Positions 57,113-64,000 of a stretch of DNA of 64,000 nucleotides are shown one piece after another. The position numbers and the translations under genes are program-made. The notes below the pieces were generated by a model. It ran no database searches. It had not been told where the DNA came from and was given only the letters and a program-made list of their open reading frames with translations. How positions within the stretch are numbered: the first letter of the stretch is position 1; each line of letters begins with the position of its first letter. Source of the DNA: Pseudomonadota bacterium (lineage in GTDB: Bacteria > Bdellovibrionota > Bdellovibrionia > Bdellovibrionales > SG-bin7); assembly GCA_034439715.1 (NCBI GenBank), contig JAWXAY010000033.1:64252-128251 (forward strand), written 5' to 3'.

Positions 57113-60100
57113 ATGTACGCAGAAGTTAAGTGTCGCACCAATTTTTCTTTTCTTAAAGGCGCTTCGCATGCTGAGGAGTACATCGATCAAGCGGTGAGCC
57201 TCGGGCTCAAAGCCATTGGTATCACTGACGACAATGGAGTTTACGCCATTCCTAAAGCTTACTGGCGAAAAAAAGATTTTCCTAACTTAAAGCTTCTTGT
57301 GGGGGCTAATTTAAGTCTTGTTGAGCACCCGCCAATTACACTGCTTGCAAAAAATCGCAAAGGCTATGGACTTTTATGCCGAATCCTAACAGAAAGTCAT
57401 AAGGACAACGAGAAGACCAAAGCCAAAATAGATAAAGAGTTATTTTCGCAAATGATTAGGGATACCTCCGACCTCATCGCTATACCCAGCGAGAGCTCCA
57501 ATTATTTTTGGCTTAAAAAACTCTTTCCAAAGAATCTTTACCTACCAATCACATTTTATCTAGATGGAAAGGACAAAAAAAGAATTGGAGCTCTCGCGCA
57601 AATCAGTGAGAATCTCAACATCCCCATGCTCGCCACAAACGATGTGCACTATCACGTAAAAGAACGACGGAATCTGCAAGATATTTTGACCTCCATTCAT
57701 GAAATTAAACCACTCACGCAGACGGGTTTTAGTTTATTTTGTAATGGCGAACGTTATTTAAAAACCTATTTTGAAATGAAAAAACTCTATCAAAAATTTC
57801 CGCAAGCTCTAGAACAAACTCTAAAAATCGCGAGCGATTGCACGTTTTGTCCGAGTGAACTTCGCTATCGCTATCCCTCAGAGTGGCTACCTAAAGGTTA
57901 CACGGCTCAGAGCTATCTCGAAGAACTTGTGTGGCAGGGAGCCTGCAAAAGATACCATGGTGAGCCCCCCCCCAAAGTTACTCAGCAACTAAAGACTGAG
58001 CTTGCTCTGATTCAGAAGTTAAATTTTCCAGATTATTTTTTAACGGTTTACGATATCGTCGACTTTGCTCAAAAAAATAAAATTCTTTGCCAAGGCCGAG
58101 GTTCCGCTGCCAACTCGATTGTTTGTTACTGTTTAGGTATTACTGCCATAGATCCTGTGCGCATGGACTTACTCTTTGGGCGATTTATTTCAGTCGAAAG
58201 AAATGAACCCCCTGACATCGACATTGACTTTGAGCATGAGCGTCGCGAAGAAGTCATTCAGTATATTTATAAAAAATATGGACGCGACAGAGCCGCCATG
58301 GTGAGTGCGGTTGTCACCTATCGTAAACGCTCGGCCTTTCGCGAGGTGGCCAAGGCTTTAGGTGTCGAGGTGGGGGTACTTTCTGCGCGCAAAGCGGAAA
58401 GAGATTTTGAAATGCTTAAGAAGGATCCCGAAGTTAAAAGTCCAAAAGAGCAGATCGAAAAGTATGCGCAGGAGTTAAAAGGATTTCCTCGCCATTTGTC
58501 GATTCACTCGGGTGGTTTTACTTTATCGGCTGATCCCATCACAGAAATAGTACCGGTTGAGCCTGCAGCAATGCCGGGACGAACGATTATTCAATGGGAT
58601 AAGTACGATCTTGATTACTTAGGTTTACTTAAAATTGATGTCTTAAGCCTTGGAATGCTTTCAGCACTTAGAAAAACTCTTGATCAAGTAGGTCTTAAAT
58701 TGCATGAGTTGCCTGCTGAAGATCCAGAGACTTACGAAATGATTCAGAAGGCTGACACTGTCGGGGTTTTTCAAATTGAAAGTCGCGCGCAAATGTCCAT
58801 GTTAGGGCGCCTTAAACCAAAAACTTTTTATGATTTGGTGATTGAGGTCGCAATTGTTCGACCGGGTCCCATATCAAGCGGAATGATTCACCCTTATTTA
58901 AGAAGGAGGCGCGGCTTGGAAGAGCCTAAATATTTTCATCCAAAGCTTAAAGAAATTTTAGGTAGAACCTTAGGTGTACCGCTGTTTCAAGAGCAAATCA
59001 TGAAGATCGCTGTTGAAATGGCAGGGTTTTCTCCAGGTGAGTCGGATCATTTAAGACGTGCGATTGGGGCCTGGCGTTCTGACGGTTCAATTCAAAAAGC
59101 CACTGCTCGGCTTACGCAAGGTCTGCGCGAAAAAGGACTTCCTGAGCATTACATTCAAGGTATGTTAGAGCACATCAAGGGTTTTTCTGAATACGGCTTT
59201 CCCGAGAGTCATGCTGCTAGTTTTGCGCTTTTGGTTTACGCCTCCAGTTACCTCAAGTGTCATTATCCCGCTGAGTTTACAATGGCACTTATCAACTCTC
59301 AGCCGATGGGATTTTACGCCGTGCATAGTCTCATCGACGATGCCACTAGACATGGCGTTAAAGTTTTACCGGTGGATCCGAATAAATCTCAATGGGATTG
59401 TGTGCTTGAGGACGGCAGTATTCGGCTGGGCTTTAGAGTTGTGCACGGGCTTGCGAAAAAAGAGGCATTGCACGCGATCGCCCAGCAACCTTACTGCAGT
59501 CTGCCCGATTTTTTAGAACGCGCACCATTCAGACGTGAAGTTTTACATCGTCTCGCGATGGGCGATGCCTTTACACCTTTTGGCCTCGATCAGCGCCATA
59601 GCTTGTGGCAGATTTTGAGTTATCAGGTGCGCGAGACAGGTGCTCAGCTAGATCTTTTTTCAAATCAATTTGTCGACGAGATTCAAAAAACGATTTTTCA
59701 AGGTCTCAGTCAATATGAAAGTATACGGTTTGACTACGGCGCTTTTAATTTATCACTGCACGGTCACCCCATGCAGGCGCTAAGGCGTCTGTTAAACCTA
59801 CCTAAAATGACCACTCAAGAAGCTAAAACAAAACGGCTAGGTACCACAGTCACAGTCGCGGGACTTATTCTTGTGCGCCAACGCCCGCCAACGGCCAAGG
59901 GTATGACCTTCAGTACGCTTGAAGACGAAGCTGGTTTTTTAGATATTGCGATAAAGCCTGACGTTTACGAAAAGTGCAAAGAGGTATTTCTCAACCAGTG
60001 TTTTATTCTTATCACCGGAGAACTACAAAAAGATCAAAACTCCACAAGTGTTCTTGTAAAAAAAATGCGGCCGATTTGGCAGAGTGAGAACGGGGGAGCA

Positions 60101-60148
60101 AGTACAGATACATCAATTCTCAATATTGAGCCTGTGCAGTTTTTTTAG
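57113..60148 (+). CDS. dnaE2: Error-prone DNA polymerase DnaE2 (ImuC)
   Basis: NFSFLKGASH PHP domain, GRGSAANS, EPPDIDIDF, GFPESHAASF, RQRPPTAKG OB fold. Confidence 0.95.
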   Translation: MYAEVKCRTNFSFLKGASHAEEYIDQAVSLGLKAIGITDDNGVYAIPKAYWRKKDFPNLKLLVGANLSLVEHPPITLLAKNRKGYGLLCRILTESHKDNEKTKAKIDKELFSQMIRDTSDLIAIPSESSNYFWLKKLFPKNLYLPITFYLDGKDKKRIGALAQISENLNIPMLATNDVHYHVKERRNLQDILTSIHEIKPLTQTGFSLFCNGERYLKTYFEMKKLYQKFPQALEQTLKIASDCTFCPSELRYRYPSEWLPKGYTAQSYLEELVWQGACKRYHGEPPPKVTQQLKTELALIQKLNFPDYFLTVYDIVDFAQKNKILCQGRGSAANSIVCYCLGITAIDPVRMDLLFGRFISVERNEPPDIDIDFEHERREEVIQYIYKKYGRDRAAMVSAVVTYRKRSAFREVAKALGVEVGVLSARKAERDFEMLKKDPEVKSPKEQIEKYAQELKGFPRHLSIHSGGFTLSADPITEIVPVEPAAMPGRTIIQWDKYDLDYLGLLKIDVLSLGMLSALRKTLDQVGLKLHELPAEDPETYEMIQKADTVGVFQIESRAQMSMLGRLKPKTFYDLVIEVAIVRPGPISSGMIHPYLRRRRGLEEPKYFHPKLKEILGRTLGVPLFQEQIMKIAVEMAGFSPGESDHLRRAIGAWRSDGSIQKATARLTQGLREKGLPEHYIQGMLEHIKGFSEYGFPESHAASFALLVYASSYLKCHYPAEFTMALINSQPMGFYAVHSLIDDATRHGVKVLPVDPNKSQWDCVLEDGSIRLGFRVVHGLAKKEALHAIAQQPYCSLPDFLERAPFRREVLHRLAMGDAFTPFGLDQRHSLWQILSYQVRETGAQLDLFSNQFVDEIQKTIFQGLSQYESIRFDYGAFNLSLHGHPMQALRRLLNLPKMTTQEAKTKRLGTTVTVAGLILVRQRPPTAKGMTFSTLEDEAGFLDIAIKPDVYEKCKEVFLNQCFILITGELQKDQNSTSVLVKKMRPIWQSENGGASTDTSILNIEPVQFF

Positions 60149-60163
60149 TGGACCTGACGAAAA

Positions 60164-63100
60164 TCAATTGGCGAAAACTTGGTGACAACGTAAAATCACG
60201 ACTGGCGCTTCAGAGCGCCAGTAGTTTTTAAACTTGTCCCACGTGCTTTTACCACTGTTGTAGGTCGATAAGGGGAGTCCTAATTTTCGCGTGATGATAA
60301 GGTTTCTAAAAGATTTTTCGATTGGAATACCAATTTTGTCTCCAAGAATTATAAGGCGATTAGCGGCCAAAACCCAATGAACGACAGCGATGGGTACTGT
60401 TACGCCGTTTCGCTCTAAGAGTGATATTAAATGAACAAAGCGGTCCATGCGTTCTGTGCGGTTGAATATTTGTTTTAAGTCGTTGGAATCCAGGTTTTGT
60501 CCTAAAAGTTTCATAGAAGACGAAACCGATTCTACTTTAGTAATAATTCGCAGGAAATTGATGGCGGTGTTCCTCTCTTCATTCGTAATTTTGACGGCCT
60601 GACCAAAATCAAGAATCGTAAGAATTCTATTTTTGACGTCGATCAAAACCTGGCCATCGTGCACGTCGGGATTGGCATGCAAGCGAACGGGGTAAGGGCT
60701 GCCACTTTGATCAACGCCCCTAAGAATTTCGAATTCGGTTTGTAGAAACTGTGCCATCGCATCTTTGTATATCTCAGGAGTTTCTTTATAGATTTTTCGT
60801 GCTCCACGTCCCGGAGCCATCTGCATGCGAATGGAATCATTAGCAAATTCATGGGCATCAACCGATTGAATTTGCCAACCATTTAGTTTGCGCCGGTAAA
60901 TATCTTGAACTGACTTTTGCATTTCAAAAGAACTACGCTTATCAAAATCGAGACTTACAGATTTTTGAATGAAGCCCATAAGGCCCACAATAAAATTATA
61001 CTTTTCTCGTTCGGGAGTCGATGTTAATGCGTTCACCAGGAGGGTGAATCTCCTAAAGTCTTCTTGAGTTTTAATCTCAATATCATCTCTAGAAATACTG
61101 ACAATCTCATTTAGCTTAGTTTCAAGATCCTCGTACTCAATTGCAATGTTAACCGAGCCCGATCCTTTAATCGAAACGATTCTGTATTTTAAGGGATCCC
61201 ATTGGCTGCCCCAGCGCTTTTGAATGAGGCCGATTGCTTCGAAATAATTTATGGGCATGGCAGCATCTTGATAGGTTTCAAAATGATGATGGTAAGCCTC
61301 AAAGTCTTTAGAGAAAGCGAGATACTGGCCAAGTTTAACTCCAGGCACTCCATAAAAATCCAGCGCACTTTTTAAAACCAATCCTTCACTTAGAGCTTCG
61401 TTTTGTTTTGCGTTCTTCTGTGCCAGAATATAACTAAATACCAATGATGCATTCTTGCCTTCTGCCAAAATTAAGGCATCAAGTACTGAGCGGCCGACTT
61501 CTTGATTTTCTTTTTTAATTTTTTTGAGTACAAAGTTTTTTAATTGATCCTGACCCTTTGGTTTAGCATAAAGTCCGTTGGGACCTACTAAAATGCCGTT
61601 GACAACTAAAGTTCGTTCAACAGGCGAACGATAATAGAGACTTTCTCGTGTTTGCAAAAAAAGTTGGCTAGGGCTAAAACCCGCCTTTGAAAAATTTTTG
61701 GCTTCTTGATCAGCCTTTAAAACAAATGGTGGCGCCTGTGAGGTTCGCGCCATAAGAAACTCAATAGCCTCCAGCTGTGCTTCGACGGGCTGTACACGAA
61801 TAAATTCGGCAAGAGCACTCATCCCTCTGATGTGCATGTTAAAGCCCTTCGCTTGCTCGGTTAGGGTTTTGGTTTCACCAGGGAACAGAGATTCAATCTC
61901 ACTGGGTTGAACATTAAATTTCACGGCTACGCGATTTCTGAAAACATTAAAGACGTCGGGATTATTTTCTTTTATTTTTATTTTCGCGAGCACTATTTCT
62001 ATTTGGTGTTTTAAGTCGGCGCGATTTTGTGGGCGGCTTACTCTGGAAACCAAGTAGTTTTCCAAGATTTCCGCACTCTCTTCTGGCGAGAGTTGTTTCA
62101 TAATTAAATTGTGGCGTAACCATGAATATTGCTGCGAAATGGTTAACAACTTTAACTGAGCCTTTACATAATTGGCGACGACGGCCCTTTGCTCTTCGGA
62201 TAGCATAAAGCCTTTGCCGGCTAAGCGCATGGCCCGATCAAATACCTCGAACCACGTGTGAAACTTTGGCGCCTCTTTGGTTTTAGCAATAATAGCCAAG
62301 GTTAACGAATGGCTGGTATCTGGGTGAATGCCCCTTCTTAGTGAATTTTCTCCCTTTATTCGCCTTGATTTAAAGTCGGTGGTCAAAATCTTGTCGCTAA
62401 TCCAATATGGCCTAGCCATCGCCAAAACAAGATTTCGAATGTCGTTAAAACTATTCATACCAAAGTATTTTTCAGCATAACCAGCGCTGACCAAATATTG
62501 TATACCTGAGGCTATCGAGTTGAGATTGTGTTCTAATGCTTTAATCTGGAAAAATCGTCTCTCAGTTTTTCCAGGATCAAGAGGACTAGAGTCCAGCTTT
62601 AGTTCATCAACTATCTTTTGAATATTGGGCAAGGTTTCTAAAAGAACGGAATCGATTTCTTTTTTTGAAAGCGTCGAAAAGAACCGTTTTAAATAATTGT
62701 TAATTTCATTTTCTAAGCCATGATAAAGAATAGTATAGTCAGAGCTTTTCGCGGCAGAAATCAAACGAAATAAATCTAACTTTTGTGTTTTGGAAATGGA
62801 GTTTTCGGCTAAAGCCTTTGTTATTATACGGAGGACATGGCCTGACAGGTCTATGTGATGATCCTCATAATTTCGGGCCTTGATAATGTGCTCGGCCGTT
62901 GCCAACACCGCCTTTTCAAGCCGCGAAGATATCGGTGGTAGGATCTCCAAGTAATCCAAAGATCGGATTGAACTTAGGGCGAAGACTCTTTCTTTCAAAG
63001 GGATCGTAAAGTCCAAAAGAGTATTTTCGAGAGAATCCATAACATACGTTGCAAAATCTTTGTTACGTGTGGCTAAGGCATCATAAAACTTAGGTTCAGG

Positions 63101-63964
63101 GGGACTTCTTTTTCTTCTCTCCACTGCTCCATGGACAATACTGATGTATGCGGGTACTCCGGGTGAAAGCTCTTCTCGAAAAAGTTCTGAATTAGGAAGT
63201 TTTTTAAGTTCCTGCAAGATTTTTTCTTCGTAATCGGCAATTAAAGGAGTTTTCATATCTTCAAACTGCTCAAATTTAGCAACCAAACTCTTCATGGTCA
63301 GACCTTCGAGGCTAGTTAAGGACTGATAAAAACGGGTCCATTCAGGGTTGGTCTGCATAAGCTGACTGAGTATCATCTGTGGTTTTTTATGGAGTAAAAA
63401 GAGAGCTTCCACGGACCGGAGATTTGAGTTTCTAATTTTCTCGGCAACATTAAAACTTTTAACTGTCCAGGCGTCTTTGCCTACCGAATTCTTGGCTAAA
63501 AAGTGTAATATTCGCGCCAGCAGATCGGGGGATACACTGTCCCAGTGCGCGCCGCTGACATTGTTATTTTTTAAATTTACTAACATGAGTACTTGTAAAA
63601 ATGCGTTCACTTTAACAAATGCAGGCTTTTGGGAGCTTTCAATAAGATCTAAACTTTCGCTCAACACTTGTGCCCATTCGGAAAGCCCAAGTTTACCAAC
63701 GGCGTCTGAGAGGGCGTCCTGGCTACTATCGTCACCTTTATTAGTGTATTTATCAAGCTTGTCATTGATCAAGTAGGTATAGATTTTTTCTTCAAGGAAG
63801 TATTTAGAGACAATACTAAGGATTTCTCGATGACCTTCCTCATGAAACTCCACCACCGGCCGGGGGTGTTTTTTTAACTTCACAAAATCGGGTAGGGATT
63901 TATCCCTGCCTATCCGGTTGTCACTTAATAGCAGTTTTTTAAGTTTTTTTTGCGGGTTTTTCAT
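60164..63964 (-). CDS. Large protein with C-terminal ABC1/AarF/UbiB-like atypical kinase domain (N-terminus possibly frameshifted or incomplete)
   Basis: VKLGQYL, GSGSVN, PDVHDGQ and ILDFGQ kinase-like motifs. Confidence 0.7.
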   Translation of the reverse strand: MKNPQKKLKKLLLSDNRIGRDKSLPDFVKLKKHPRPVVEFHEEGHREILSIVSKYFLEEKIYTYLINDKLDKYTNKGDDSSQDALSDAVGKLGLSEWAQVLSESLDLIESSQKPAFVKVNAFLQVLMLVNLKNNNVSGAHWDSVSPDLLARILHFLAKNSVGKDAWTVKSFNVAEKIRNSNLRSVEALFLLHKKPQMILSQLMQTNPEWTRFYQSLTSLEGLTMKSLVAKFEQFEDMKTPLIADYEEKILQELKKLPNSELFREELSPGVPAYISIVHGAVERRKRSPPEPKFYDALATRNKDFATYVMDSLENTLLDFTIPLKERVFALSSIRSLDYLEILPPISSRLEKAVLATAEHIIKARNYEDHHIDLSGHVLRIITKALAENSISKTQKLDLFRLISAAKSSDYTILYHGLENEINNYLKRFFSTLSKKEIDSVLLETLPNIQKIVDELKLDSSPLDPGKTERRFFQIKALEHNLNSIASGIQYLVSAGYAEKYFGMNSFNDIRNLVLAMARPYWISDKILTTDFKSRRIKGENSLRRGIHPDTSHSLTLAIIAKTKEAPKFHTWFEVFDRAMRLAGKGFMLSEEQRAVVANYVKAQLKLLTISQQYSWLRHNLIMKQLSPEESAEILENYLVSRVSRPQNRADLKHQIEIVLAKIKIKENNPDVFNVFRNRVAVKFNVQPSEIESLFPGETKTLTEQAKGFNMHIRGMSALAEFIRVQPVEAQLEAIEFLMARTSQAPPFVLKADQEAKNFSKAGFSPSQLFLQTRESLYYRSPVERTLVVNGILVGPNGLYAKPKGQDQLKNFVLKKIKKENQEVGRSVLDALILAEGKNASLVFSYILAQKNAKQNEALSEGLVLKSALDFYGVPGVKLGQYLAFSKDFEAYHHHFETYQDAAMPINYFEAIGLIQKRWGSQWDPLKYRIVSIKGSGSVNIAIEYEDLETKLNEIVSISRDDIEIKTQEDFRRFTLLVNALTSTPEREKYNFIVGLMGFIQKSVSLDFDKRSSFEMQKSVQDIYRRKLNGWQIQSVDAHEFANDSIRMQMAPGRGARKIYKETPEIYKDAMAQFLQTEFEILRGVDQSGSPYPVRLHANPDVHDGQVLIDVKNRILTILDFGQAVKITNEERNTAINFLRIITKVESVSSSMKLLGQNLDSNDLKQIFNRTERMDRFVHLISLLERNGVTVPIAVVHWVLAANRLIILGDKIGIPIEKSFRNLIITRKLGLPLSTYNSGKSTWDKFKNYWRSEAPVVILRCHQVFAN
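60201..60229 (+). terminator. Intrinsic terminator of the mutasome operon, inside the 3' end of the opposite-strand gene
   Basis: ACTGGCGCT-TCAG-AGCGCCAGT-AGTTTTT. Confidence 0.6.
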
Positions 63965-64000
63965 CGTAAATTTCTCTATAGGTTAGACCAACATTTTGTG

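Overview
A gene-dense, roughly 40% GC chromosomal segment that looks like a predatory Bdellovibrionota (Bdellovibrio-like) bacterium. The lineage call is an inference from the pgi-dgcB-ECF sigma neighbourhood, an Agl-Glt gliding operon, a TIGR02147-like protein, FQNC-type lipoproteins and a fibre-type adhesin. In order, the window holds: rlmN and a PfkB kinase; a c-di-GMP block (GGDEF protein, metallophosphoesterase, pgi, FHA-GGDEF DgcB-like); an HNH-like/AP2 protein; an ECF sigma factor; a HAD hydrolase; phnDCE; a GYF-GYF-PilZ protein ahead of a VWA-lipoprotein/aglRQS/gltDEFG/beta-barrel/gltC gliding cluster; recO; a cation antiporter; a TIGR02147 plus lipoprotein cassette; a FecR/TPR-barrel pair; gmhB; xerC; a sensor-less sigma54 activator; a histone-like protein; a flagellin with a long structured leader; clpB; a CheR-Rec-CheB fusion; an MFS phosphate-ester transporter; an adhesin; a lexA-imuA-imuB-dnaE2 mutasome; and a large ABC1/AarF-like kinase. 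No rRNA, tRNA, CRISPR array or IS element was seen. The best candidate for an undescribed system is the three-gene minus-strand operon at 44805-49930. It encodes a ZorB/MotB-like stator with a long periplasmic coiled coil, a tail-less ZorA/MotA-like subunit and a 917-aa FHA-coiled-coil membrane protein, behind a sigma28-like promoter. All calls come from reading motifs by eye; no database searches were run.
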